The notes below the pieces were generated by a model, which saw nothing but the letters and a program-made list of their open reading frames with translations, had not been told where the DNA came from and searched no databases. A program made the translations under genes and the position numbers. A stretch of 63,958 bases of DNA, the filler included, from Octopus bimaculoides (taxonomy: Eukaryota), in assembly GCF_001194135.2 (NCBI RefSeq). It is 5 parts of 5 records of this genome, joined end to end, with 100 filler letters (N's around TTAATTAATTAA, not from the genome) between each part and the next. Parts side by side here need not be neighbours in the genome. Positions count along the whole stretch, not along the records: positions 15,153 to 43,481 come from NC_068989.1; 4 more parts are not named here. The stretch is one strand, 5' to 3'. Below are positions 23,996-36,476 of this stretch, one piece after another (position 1 is the stretch's first letter; each line of letters opens with the position of its first letter).

Positions 23996-24670
23996 TTATA
24001 AAACATGCAGNNNNNNNNNNNNNNNNNNNNNNNNNNNNNNNNNNNNNNNNNNNNNNNNNNNNNNNNNNNNNNNNNNNNNNNNNNNNNNNNNNNNNNNNNN
24101 NNNNNNNNNNNNNNNNNNNNNNNNNNNNNNNNNNNNNNNNNNNNNNNNNNNNNNNNNNNNNNNNNNNNNNNNNNNNNNNNNNNNNNNNNNNNNNNNNNNN
24201 NNNNNNNNNNNNNNNNNNNNNNNNNNNNNNNNNNNNNNNNNNNNNNNNNNNNNNNNNNNNNNNNNNNNNNNNNNNNNNNNNNNNNNNNNNNNNNNNNNNN
24301 NNNNNNNNNNNNNNNNNNNNNNNNNNNNNNNNNNNNNNNNNNNNNNNNNNNNNNNNNNNNNNNNNNNNNNNNNNNNNNNNNNNNNNNNNNNNNNNNNNNN
24401 NNNNNNNNNNNNNNNNNNNNNNNNNNNNNNNNNNNNNNNNNNNNNNNNNNNNNNNNNNNNNNNNNNNNNNNNNNNNNNNNNNNNNNNNNNNNNNNNNNNN
24501 NNNNNNNNNNNNNNNNNNNNNNNNNNNNNNNNNNNNNNNNNNNNNNNNNNNNNNNNNNNNNNNNNNNNNNNNNNNNNNNNNNNNNNNNNNNNNNNNNNNN
24601 NNNNNNNNNNNNNNNNNNNNNNNNNNNNNNNNNNNNNNNNNNNNNNNNNNNNNNNNNNNNNNNNNNNNNN

Positions 24671-25270
24671 ATGAGGAATTCCCATCACGTTTCGTAGTTT
24701 GCGATTTCAACAGCTCCTTTATAGGATTCAGTGGCTAAAGACATCCTCAAGAGGAACCATGCCCGGTTTCGGCCCCTAATCCTCTACCGTTTGCGACGTG
24801 GCATGGCTCCCCCTTTTAGAGATGTCTTCAGCTCTGGTATTGGGTACGTTTCTTCTTTCTCCTTATTTTCTTCTGTTCTTTGGTTTCTTCGATGCAGCGT
24901 CAACATATGTCAGCGGGCGACTGACAATCCTGCCAAATTTCTCTTAGAATACTCGCCAGCACCAGCTAACTGTCACGTGACACTGTCTAAGTTTCAACTG
25001 ACCAATGGAGGAGAAGGGCACGTAGTTTTAGCCCACGCCCTCTCCTAACCTGCCTTCCAACAGTGTCGTGTTTGTTTCAGTTCCAGCAGCCAGAGCCGAC
25101 CAGCTGTTTGGTGGTATAAGCCTTCGAACCGGGAGTAGGGCGCGCTACCTTCGCCCACTTGTCAATCAACAATGCTGTTTAAATGTCAGTCAGGCTAACC
25201 AAGCGACGCTATTTCCTTGTCAGCATCTTATGTTTTTCAAGCCATTTTGGGTCTTCACGTTTGTTTTTGT
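24671..25270. promoter_or_regulatory. GC/CpG-rich island with palindromic E-box and CCAAT box
   Basis: TGTCACGTGACA(24971-24982) and GACCAATGG (CCAAT 25002-25006); many CpGs against an AT-rich background. Could equally be a retroelement 5' region. Confidence 0.3.
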
Positions 25271-25273
25271 CGC

Positions 25274-25325
<52 letters not shown>

Positions 25326-25329
25326 GTTA

Positions 25330-26915
25330 AATAGGTTTGGTTAAAATTATCAGGTAAAATATTAATATTATTCATATTACTGTCGTACTGTCACATGGGC
25401 ATCTATCATAAAACGATTACCTAGATTAGCATCAATACTATTATAAAATTCATTTAACTTAGTTTTATTATTTGCTGTAATAATCTGGGCTAAATTCCTG
25501 CATGTTGAAAAAGAAATTCTAATTGTTTTGCTATTAAATATATTGTGATATTTTTGGCCATTCTTAGAATGTTTCCTAAAAACGTGTAAAATCTTATTAA
25601 GTTTACAATCAATATTATATGTTAGCATAGATTGCACCATATGATATCATTACTAATAACGTTATCTTCTTTATTCTGTAAGTTACGATAAGTTAATATT
25701 TTATTCCGTATATGTTGGTTGCTACGGGGATACTGTTGTGCATTGATATCGTTTTTGTTAAGCGTGTAGTTGTCTCATTCTTAGTTAGGCCTTTTTTTAG
25801 ATTTATTTCCTTTATTATTGAAATTTATTTCCTTTATTATTGAAATTTTGACCAAACCAATATTTGTTATTATTCTTATCATTTTTAGAATTAATTGTTA
25901 CATATATAATGTTCACAACTGAAGATGTTTTAGTATTAGCAACAGTAAGTATAAATATAAATTTCTCTTTATATCCAGCTCTTTTGAGAGCAGTTATAAT
26001 AATCACAATTATTAAGGAAAACAGTCTCATTTGATGATAATCTAGATATCCTTATAGTGATATTCCTAACAACAGATGCAATGTTACTCCTGGGATGACT
26101 TGAGTCATAGCTTACATATATTAAACTTTCATTTTGCTTATGGTAAAGGACATTAATCCCTGTGCTGAAATCAAAGGTTATATCAAGAAAATTAACGACA
26201 ATAAACTCATTTTCAATACTAGGTCATATCTCGCGTAAAAGGCACGAAGATCTTTTTTATATTTAGCAAACTCCCTTAGGTTACAGTCACCCACAATGAA
26301 TAATCCATCATCCCAATATAGATCACCGTCAATGTCAACAAATTCCTGATGTAGTTGACTTAGAAGATAGTTACCAACAAGATCAGTAACTTGAGCTGAG
26401 TCACTTGATCCCATAGTGATATCAAAATGGTTATATCTGTCTTTCCTTAACAAATAGCCACCCTCAAACTCAAATATGCATTTACGAGCAGCTAAGATGA
26501 TACCAGTTTCTTTTCTTGAAAGATCAGAACGATGCCTTCCGACAATTAAGGCCTCATTCAGTATAATGGGGCTAATGGAAGAGTAGTACTTATCTATGTC
26601 GAACTGTATAAATTTGGTCCTATCTCTTTCTTTATTTGGTTTAAACCAATCAATTATCCTAGAAGAATAATCCAAAAGTTCCAGCGTAACACCTGCGATA
26701 ATAGCAATTCTACCAATGTCATAACTAGATGGAGATATAAGACGAACTGTAGGTGAAGTTATGAAGATGAGCTTATGATCCTTTCAAGTAATCTTGTGTG
26801 TTCTTGGGTGGTAAGGTTCCGTTCGGTCATCCAGATTCAGATCTTCTACAATTCTTTTCGTTTGTCGGTTAATCTTCCTAACAGTTTGAATGTCAGTTTT
26901 CTTATATTTGGGAGA
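25330..26915 (-). mobile_element. Penelope-like element (Naiad-type) RT and thumb, decayed, lacking the endonuclease
   Basis: LDDR..KDHK..RLISP; IDWFK..FIQFDIDKYYSSI; FDITMGSSDSAQVTDLVG; LYWDDGL; VNFLDIT; SHP; KRAGY; IFNSKTIRISFSTCRNLAQII. Confidence 0.85.
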
Positions 26916-26941
26916 ATATACAAATAATAACAACATGTATG

Positions 26942-26972
<31 letters not shown>

Positions 26973-27274
26973 GTATATGCAATGTTATTACCAGTTCAAG
27001 TATGTCAAGTAGCTCGTTCGAACTTGTAAACAAGTAATTCACTGTGTGTTATCATGGAGAAAATTTCTCGCTGTAGACAAATGATGTAAATACACCTAAA
27101 TCAGCTCGCAGTGCCACCTATCCATACTGTGATATGCAAGCATTTCGGAGTGGTTATCTCCTCTTCAGCTACAGAAAATAGACATTGGCGGTGCGAGAGG
27201 GACACGAGCATATCCGAACTGGTAGTAACATTGCATTAATACACATCACTTTTAGCACGTCCACACGTAATATA

Positions 27275-27379
<105 letters not shown>

Positions 27380-30300
27380 TTATTTATTCGAGGTTTCGAT
27401 GAAACTATAAGGTGTTACTCAGGTATACAACAATAAGACCACTGCATCTTTTGTCGGAAACAGCCGTAATGAAGTTCAATGATAATCGCTTATTCCTTTG
27501 TCAGCTCTTTTTCTTATATGTATGTATATATATATGTACATATATATGTATATATATATGTGTGTGTGTGTGTATACATATATATACATACATATATATA
27601 TACATACATATATATATGTATACGTAGCTGTGTCTTACAGAAGGTATGCACTTGTATTTTTAGCTGAGTGTATATCTATGTGTGTGTGTTTGATTGAGTT
27701 TATGACTCTCTGTGTATATCTCTGAGTATGTGTGCATACATATACGTACGCTTCTCTATATGCGTGTCTATATGTATGGACACATTTGTACATGTATTTG
27801 AATATGTGTGTAGCGGTGAATATGTATATGCCTGCATCTTCTTTTGTATTAATAGGAAAAAGAAATGTTAGTATAATTCATGTTATAAGTTGAAAACTTG
27901 TGTTTAATTAAAATTACAAATTTTGTGATGTGAGCAACCATTATTTTAATGAGTAATTCTGTTTTAAAAAAGTAAAAACAGATGCGAGGCATGTTAATTA
28001 ATTAATTGAAACTAATTAAACATGGAATTCAAAGGGAAATACTATGATCTTTAGCTGTACGGTGACAACTTCGGAGAGGTACTGGTCGTATTAAATCTCA
28101 GCAGTAAAGAATAGTTTTAATCACACACGTTTACAATGTTGAGTATTTTCCACAAGCTCTGCACATTCTGATACTATTTGAACTACGAAGTATGCTTCTG
28201 TGTTTTCCATTGCTCGCAAATTGTTCTGCTTTCCAAACTGCAGTTCTAACAATATGGAATACGTTGCAGAAGACGAAAATAAAGTCAAATAAGGAGAAAT
28301 ATATTGAGGCTGATGGCTTAAAGGAATACTGATGGAAACTAAAAGATAAACACTGCCACCAAATTAAAAGATTTGATATTTGGGATCACATATTAAAAAA
28401 ATTCTTGCAGCTTCTTGCAAAATAACTTTTTACAAGCCCGTTTTGTTTTACCTTCCTGAACCATCATTGTTCTGTAAGCATCAAATTATTCCATTGAGAA
28501 ATCCTCACATTTTACAGTCTTCTTAGATTCCATTTACGTAGAAAAAACTATTTTTCAAAATTATTCCTTCGCACATCACTAAGATCATTTTCGTCTATGT
28601 AACTAGAATGTAAACTCCTGCAGTTGCTTCAAACCAGCGAGGTTATCCATCCAGACAACTCCACTTCTATTAACCTCAAACTGTGTTCGTTACCGCAAGT
28701 CTCGTCTCCTCACAAAACGCCAAACAAGGGAGCGCCTTCTGCCGTTTCACTTAATGCCCATTCACTTAACTTCAAATTCTGTGCCTCTCAGTGAGCCCCC
28801 ATCACCATTCTCATTTTCTGCCCATCTCTCTGTCTCTCTGTCTCTGACCGTCTGTCCGTTTGTCTGTCTGTCTGTCTGTCTGTCTCTGTCTCTCTCTGTC
28901 TCTCTCTATCTCTCTCTCTCTTTCCCTCTCCCTCTCTCTTTCTCTGAATTCATCCTGAGTATTGCAAATATGCTAAGGTGTGCTTATTTCCCACGATTAG
29001 CAACTACTAACTGTCAACCAGCTATCGACCAAACAGACTTACTGATTTGGACAGCTATTAGCAGCAAGCACCTCTTTCAATCTTTTCCCCACATTAATAG
29101 CGACCAATACAATTTTTGTGAAGTCATGTCAACTTGATACTCTCTTGTCTTGATATTGACTTAACCATTCAGTCACTCACTAAAGTGTCCTCGCATTCGA
29201 GAAAACTATTATAGCTCTCGATCATCTCCAGCGCTCGATATTTTGCCACGCTCTTTCAATGTAGGTTTCTCACAGCTTTTGGCTTTCTCTAATCCACTTT
29301 GCTTCCTATATTACAACCACCCACTTGCTGTCATCATTTGTATGAAAGGCCATTTATACGCAATTTTTACGCGCCCATTTGGATTTTCGCTAAGCTAACC
29401 TTACACTGAATTTGTAGACCGAGACATTTAAAAACGTCACCAATAGGATCATACAAATTCTGCTCCCTTCAACAACAAAAATCAGAATAACTATATATAT
29501 ATATATATATATCTTCAGAAATAAACACCATAATGCACCATAATGTAACCAATCACTCGCAAGAACTGCACCTCTGAGACTGGCTCCAAATCAGAGTCAG
29601 AAAATACTTCGGGTCACAGCAACGACTACGCACCTAGACAAGTCACTTGAGACTCACGTCAAAGTACTTCAGCAAAATCGGGGCGATCCAATTGCTACAT
29701 ACAGTGATATGTTGTAGGGCATGGGCTTTTTACTATTGACTAAATAACACTTCCTCGTTCGGCAAAGAAACTGAACTGCAGATTTATTTCCTATACAGTG
29801 TTCCATATATTTTGATTTGTTCTGTTATGAAATGACATGTCTGCGTGTTTGTTTACTTCGGACAGCACTACGGAAAGCTGTCTTTATCAGTAAAAACATT
29901 GATATTTCTGTTTGTCAAATTTTATAAATAATTAGTTTTGAAGCGACGTGTAATATTGACATTCCTGTACACTGCCGATAACCTATGTAATCATTGATAG
30001 CTACTTAATTTGGACGACTTGAATCTCTTCTATATTGCTCCAAATGATTATATTTGTAACCGTTTTGGTTTTATTCTTTAACTCCACTAATTAAGACTCT
30101 AAGAATCGTGTACTTGCATATGTGCGTGTATGTGTGTGTGCATGTGTACATGTGTGTGTGTGTGTGTGTGTGTAAGTATAGACAATTATAGGGATATCAC
30201 ACGTCTTATAACTGTAATTCTTGATGTTTTAAAATTATATCCGCTTCTAGAGGATGTCATAATTACCAACAAACAATTGAGAACATATTCGTATCAGAAA

Positions 30301-30392
30301 AGAAGTTATCACAAGAATTAAGAATTCTGCCAAGCTGGCATACCATTAAGGAAAAGAACAGACTTTTTTTTTTCTAGATATAAGATGAAAAT

Positions 30393-30433
30393 CGTGTACT
30401 CGTGTTTCTGCCTCTATAGCGGTCATCAGCACA
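30393..30433 (-). ncRNA. Degenerate minimal hammerhead ribozyme
   Basis: Minus strand TGTG-CTGATGA-(imperfect stem II)-GAAA-C..G-TA-CACG: stems I and III and the GTA triplet fit, but stem II is out of register. Confidence 0.4.
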
Positions 30434-30439
30434 GCAGTT

Positions 30440-30480
<41 letters not shown>

Positions 30481-30486
30481 CACACA

Positions 30487-30760
30487 CACACGGCTAAAAT
30501 GACCCAAGATTTGTTGAGTGAGAATGGCATTAAAAAGCTTCCATAGCCAAGCAAGTCACCAGATTTGAACCCTATTGAACACCTCTGGGACATAATGGAC
30601 AGGACAGCTCATAAAAAGAACAAGAAAGCCAGATCGTTTGAGATTACTGCATGAAACTTGACTAGAAAATTCCGTAAGAAAATATTCGTGATCTGATGAG
30701 TAACATGCCTAATAGGGTCCTTATATTGAAAAATGCAAAGAGCACGCCTACTAAATATTC
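30487..30760 (+). mobile_element. Tc1 (DD34E) transposase C-terminal remnant
   Basis: HTAK..P*PSKSPDLNPIEHLWD (30556-30588)..SNMPNRV..TKY. Confidence 0.85.
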
Positions 30761-30915
30761 ACATTTTAACAATTAATGAATAATACAGTTCTATAGTTAA
30801 AAGATGAGGAATTATGTACACTTTTACATTATTTACATTTGACAGATATTTGCCCTCATCTTTGTTGTTAAGACAATGTTGTTGTTGTTATTATTATTAT
30901 TATTGTTGTTGTTCA

Positions 30916-30988
30916 GGTCACTGCGGGGAATCAAATTCGGAAACTTGAGGTTAGTAGCCCGCGCTCTTATCCACTACGCCATATGCCC
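30916..30988 (-). pseudogene. tRNA-like module (D and anticodon arms resemble tRNA-Ile AAT; loop reads CT-ACT-AA)
   Basis: A box TGGCGTAGTGG(30981->30971), decayed B box, 7-nt anticodon loop (30957->30951), poor acceptor stem; followed by an (AAC)/(AAT)n tail. Confidence 0.65.
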
Positions 30989-31017
30989 GTGGGCAGTTAT
31001 GGAGTGAATTTCAGGGC

Positions 31018-31359
31018 TTATAAATCTAATATTTTCCTATCCTTCCTTAATACCGGTTCCCACATGCTGTTCATATCTGGACTCGGTCTGCTTAGGAGAT
31101 TGTTGTGTCCTAGCATATGTGCTGCTTCGTGGTGCTCTCTGTCTATTATTTTAACTTCATCCCACAGGGGGAGGTGGTCTCCATTTTTCCATATATGATC
31201 AGCTATACCCGATTTATCAATATCTCCTCGTGTCACAGCTTTGCGATGTTCCTCTGTTTCGCCTTTGTATAACCTATCACAGCTACATGGGATGGAGTAC
31301 ACGCAGTCTTTGGTCATATTCTCTTCTATTGGTGGTTTTACTCGAAGGAGATATTTGCA
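31018..31359 (-). mobile_element. Penelope-type GIY-YIG endonuclease 3' fragment with internal in-frame deletions
   Basis: KDCVYSIPCSCDRLYKGET|EEH..SGIADHIW..PLWDEVKIIDREH|HEAAHM. Confidence 0.85.
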
Positions 31360-31972
31360 TCTGTATGTATGTCTCCGTGGGTGTGTGGGTGTGTGTGTGT
31401 GTACATACATAGATATACATCATCAGATTTTCTTCTGTTTGTTTTATTTGCGATAATTAGATGAGACATCTTTCTATATTCAGCTACACTTACCTTCATG
31501 TATACATATACTATGTCATTAAATTTATGTTATTCATAATAGAACCAGTTCTTCTATTCTATTTTTGCCTTCTGTGAATGATTCCTTATAGTTTATGATT
31601 TACGTCCTCGATTGACAAGGATTCTTCTACTTTGGGTTACTTTCTTTTTTCACCTTTAAGACTGAAGCAGTAATCCCATACTTTACGTGGTATAATTCTA
31701 TCATCAGTAGAATAAGTCACGTACCACCATCCCTTTAATATGTGTAGCCTTGTATTAATGTAACAAATTATAACAGACATCAGTATTTGCAAAATAGATT
31801 ATAATAGATGTTATTTTTTAAAATAAAAACACTTAACTATAACGAAATAAAATGTAACAGTTTTTATAAAAATACTTTAGTATAACGAACTATAATAAAC
31901 ATTACGTTTTTAATATAAATTTTTTAATTATAACGAATTATAACTTATAAGACATATAAGCGTAACGAACTA

Positions 31973-32488
31973 TCTATAATAAGAGATGCGAAATTCAGTC
32001 TGTTCGTCTGGGACTCCTGTCTGTCTACATTTTCTCAGTCTACACTTTCTCAGTTTACATTTTCTCTACCTAGACACATACATTTTTGGAATCAGGTTGA
32101 TTCCTGGATTGAAAATCTGCCCTTCATTTGGCTCTTGAACGTCCAGAATTGCCATCTGATTTCAAAGAATTTGGCTGTTATTTCTTGCAGGTAAAGCTTA
32201 GATGATTCACCCCACCTTGGTTGGCGTTTGTCAGGTAACGTCAGAAATGAAAGGGGAGATAAATGACATTCGCTTCGTTAATTTTACGTCGTGATAAGAA
32301 CTTTAGGACAAGTTATCCAACATATGGAATTCAAATTGGGACTGGAACAATAGAATGATTGTATTACAGCATTAATTCTCATCCGTCTTGATCAAACACC
32401 CCCGGGGCATATAGACGTATTATAGTCATGCTATTTAGGCCGCTTTGGTTTTGGGCCTCAAGCCCAATTAGGCCCCCGCAGGAGCTAG
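31973..32488 (+). mobile_element. Non-autonomous Helitron-like element
   Basis: A|TC 5' end followed by a GTCT-rich segment; 3' hairpin GGGC-CTCAA-GCCC and terminal CTAG(32485-32488). The next base is C rather than the canonical T. Internal 15-bp x3 repeat. Confidence 0.55.
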
Positions 32489-32842
32489 CTTAAAAGTCTG
32501 CACGGAGTGCGGCTTTTAGCCTTGTAATAAATGATGAGGTAGAATATGGTACAAAAGGAAATCACATGGCAAAGCATAGTTGATAGAGAGTGGGGCTGAA
32601 ATAATTATACGATTCAAATCTGTATGTGATGTGACACGAGGCTAATGAACCAAGAGACGAGAGACAGACTGTGTTGATAAGTGGGCGTCCTTTATGGGAA
32701 ATTTGCATACCATAAACGGCGGATGGTTTTATTCGTGTCTAATATTACTTACACTTAATTAGTCTAGGCATTAGCTATATGGGAAGTATTTATATGTAAA
32801 CATTGCTACATTAATGTTATTGCTAGTATTATCGGTGTCATA

Positions 32843-33234
32843 GTGGAGGCGCAATGGCCCAGTGGTTAGGGCAGCGGACTCGCGGTCATAGGATCGCGGT
32901 TTCGATTCCCAGACCGGGCATTGTGAGTGTTTATTGAGCGAAAACACCTAAAGCTTCACGAGGCTCCAGCAGGGAATGGTGGCGAACCCTGCTGTACTCT
33001 TTCACCACGACTTTTTCTCACTCTTACTTCCTGTTTCTGTTGTGCCTGTAATTCAAAGGGTCAGCCTTGTTACACTGTGTCACGCTGAATATCCCCGAGA
33101 ACTACGTTAAGGGTATACGTGTCTGTGGTGTGCTCAGCCACTACTTGCACGTTAATTTCACGAGCAGGCTGTTTCGTTGATCAGATCAACTGGAACCCTC
33201 GACGTCGTCAGCGACGGAGTGCCAACAACAACAA
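32843..33234 (+). mobile_element. SINE family A, full length
   Basis: A and B boxes, (CAA)n tail, 12-bp TSD TATCGGTGTCAT (32830-32841/33237-33248). Confidence 0.95.
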
Positions 33235-33389
33235 AATATCGGTGTCATGTTTTGGTTTCAGAAATACAACAAAACTGACTTTTTAAAGTACAGGATTCGT
33301 TACATTTTCGAAAACAATCGGGAAAGACATTTAAATTTAGCAAAAAATATTCCAGAGTATAGCTGACAAAATTGTTATTGCATCAAACA

Positions 33390-33480
33390 AATTGAGTTCA
33401 AATACCACCGAAGACAACATTACATTTCATCGTTTCAAGATCGATGAATTAAAGTGTCAGTCAATTACTGGGGTCCATGG
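33390..33480 (+). mobile_element. SINE family B fragment
   Basis: GAGTTCAAATACCACC..TTTCATCGTTTC..TACTGGGGTC. Confidence 0.5.
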
Positions 33481-33610
33481 CATTAACTATCACCATCTCT
33501 TCAACCTTCAGACCTTGTACCAATATTTGAAATCATCTCATAATACTTCTGCTTGTCATTGCGTTACTTAATCCATCGGTGGTGGAGGTGGTGACGATGA
33601 TGGAGCTGGC

Positions 33611-33740
33611 GGTGCTGATTGGATAGCAAAAACTGTATTTTTAAAATTGGACTAAGATTTTTATATCACCTATCATTAACGCATGCGCATAAAGGCAATT
33701 TCTTGAATTTATGTGGCAGATACATGTAAAGTAATTAAAG
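33611..33740 (+). repeat. Dispersed repeat shared with 54933-55078
   Basis: Both copies carry GGTG.TGATTGGATAG..TTTTATATCAC.TATCA.TTAACGCATGCGCATAA..GGCAGATA. Confidence 0.75.
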
Positions 33741-34039
33741 GTTTATCATATGTACGGTTTATCATATTATTTGTGTCCTTATATCTTCGATCCGAGAGTT
33801 CAGCATCCCCGCCCATTACAAAACAACATCTGTTGACTAGTTTCAGGGTTATTGTTCTTCACCAACACGGTTAGAATATTTAGATTTCAAAGTGACACAC
33901 AGCCGCTGATCTATAAATAGAAATAATATTATTTCTAAATCTCTCAGAGAGGGACATACAGTAATATTTCATTAAAGTAAAATTTAATTAATATTATTAT
34001 TGTTCTTGTAGTTTTGCTGTTATTATTGTCATCTTCAGC

Positions 34040-34670
34040 TTTTTAAGTAAGAGTTCGGACGTTGGACTGAGTGGGCCACTTAACACAAAGACAATTCTTA
34101 GTTTTGTGTTCTACAATCTTTTCATCACTTTGGTTAGATTCCCGTATTTTCCACTTATTTGAGTTTCCTTGTTATCTACTTTACTATCCGATGGAGTAAA
34201 AACTGTGTGACCTCATACAGTTTGACTTGTCTCCACAGGTTCATATCTGATCTCACCACGCACCCTATGGTAAAATCCTATAGAATCTTATACTTATCAT
34301 TCACCATCGAATTCCCTGCACATTCATGTTCTTTCAAGTTTATAAACATGCATACTATTTTTACCGACAAATCATTGCACTCATGTCTTCATTTACTCTA
34401 TTTTATTCTAGGTCGCTGCATTTATTTAAAAGATAGTTAACACTTTCGTCCTATTTTCTACACATTCTGTTTTTGCCGTCGGAGGTTTTTCAGTTTTCGT
34501 CTGTACCAAATTCGTTCTAATGATTTGTTCTTGAGCAACTGTTTCTAATTGTCCATTTTCTCTGTTCAGTTCCCATTGCTCAGAGACAACCAGTACTTTT
34601 CACTTGTAAATTTTTCGGTTTGGTGTATAAATTAGCCATATAAGTCCTTTCTCCATAAAGTTATTTGCTC
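34040..34670 (-). mobile_element. Old, diverged R4/Dong remnant
   Basis: W*SK*LYG; VAQEQIIRTN (34498-34539); RMCRK*DESVNYLLNKC knuckle; KYKIL*DFTI; GKYGNL..RL*NTKLRIVFVLSGPL. Confidence 0.7.
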
Positions 34671-34869
34671 TACCATTCTTCTTTCCATTCGCGAAAGCTG
34701 TAACTTTATCAATGACTACTTTTGATATTTCTGGCTGAATATAAAAATCCGGGCAAAGTACAATTTTTCAAACCCGGAATCTCAACAATAGTGATAACTT
34801 CTGTACCTAAGAAATCTCTTGTTCTTTCGATCGTTACACCCGGCGCTACAACTCGTCCGTTGGCGTGCG

Positions 34870-35005
34870 TTGTTGTTGTTGTTGTTGCCGCTGCTGCTGC
34901 TGTTTTAGTTATCATTGCTGCTCCTGCTGCTGCTGTTTCCCGTTGGTGTTACTTCTGCTGCTGTTTTTGTTGTAGTTGCTGTTGCCGTCGTCGTCGTCAT
35001 CGTCG

Positions 35006-35037
<32 letters not shown>

Positions 35038-35610
35038 CTTCTTCTTCTTCTTCTTCTTCTTCTTCTTCTTCTTCTTCTTCTTCTTCTTCTTCTTCTTCTT
35101 CTTCTTCTTCTGTCTTCTGTCTTCTCGTTAGGATTTGATACCTTTTGTATCTTACTTTATTTTGAAAATTTCCAAAGAATTCATAATGATCTCACTAAAC
35201 ACGTTTTCTACAATGCACTCAGTCCCAGATTAGGATTAAGTTTCTTAAGATCTTCTCTGAAATTCAAGGCCCACCATAAATACTGGAAGCATCATTACCA
35301 AGTTCACATTTCTATTTGAGAGCTTAAGGATCTCATACCTTTATTCAATATAATACCTTATATAATATTTTTCCTCTCTTTTTATCCTGGTACCAAATGG
35401 ATATACTACCTAAACTGCCGTCGATTCTTCTTCTTCTTCTTCTTCTTCTTCTTCTTCTTCTTCTTCTTCTTCTTCTTCTTCTTCTTCTTCTTCTTCTTCT
35501 TCTTCTTCTTCTTCTTCTCCTTCTTCTTCTTCTTCTTCTTCTTCTTCTTCTTCTTCTTCTTCTCCTCCTCCTCCTCCTTCTCCTCCTCCTCCTTCTCCTC
35601 CTCCTCCTTG
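34870..35610. repeat. (GTT)n, (CTT)~24 and (CTT)~45/(CTC) tracts
   Basis: Directly visible; source of the poly-R, poly-L, poly-K and poly-S ORFs. Confidence 0.95.
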
Positions 35611-36476
35611 ATAACAACAGTAATATGTTCATTTATCATCACAAAAGTTAATAATATCTACGTAACGCAGGTGTCGGTCTACCTAGTTGTGACCAACGTG
35701 TAAAATATTTACATTGTATGATGCAGATATTCATCTTTTCAGAATTTATATGTTTCCTGCTACACGTTCATACATTCACCTCAGATGTAGAGCAAAATAT
35801 CGTTTTCTGGTTAATGTGTGAACTATTTACATTGTTTAATGCAAATACTCAACTTTAGATTCGTATGGCTCCTGCAATCCGGGCTCTAAGTACATTCGTT
35901 CACCTTAGTTATCATACTGAAATATCACTTTCAATTTCTACGCTTCTATGTCGTACACGTCATTTATTTTGTTTCATAGACTTGTGAATTATACACAAAG
36001 ATAAAGAATCTATAAAGAATTGTATTTGTTGATTTCTGTAAAATATAATAAAAAAGAATCCAGTCTGTTAAAAAGTAAACGATAATATGTTTATCATAGT
36101 TTTCTGTGCTTTTTTTCTGTTGTTTGTTTATTTATTTCATTTTTCATTTATTCATTGCGCCATTTTTATCAAAGATGTCACTAAGTGCTCACAGTTATGC
36201 AAGTATGAAAATATTAAACGTTTCAGAATTATTTATTTACTTTCCCCGCTGTATAAGACACCCGTCCATTACTAGCTTCTCCAGTGTTAGGATTTCATAC
36301 TACGGTCTGTTATTGAAATCTAAAGAAACATTTATTATATTAACACATATGTACGGATGCTGTGCTCTCCTCTATTTTCTCTCGTGTTTTTCTCTCTCAT
36401 CCTTGCTCTCTTACACTTTGTTTCGTTTTCAATTTCCCACTTTCTATCCATATCCTTTTTCACTCTCCTTTTCGCT

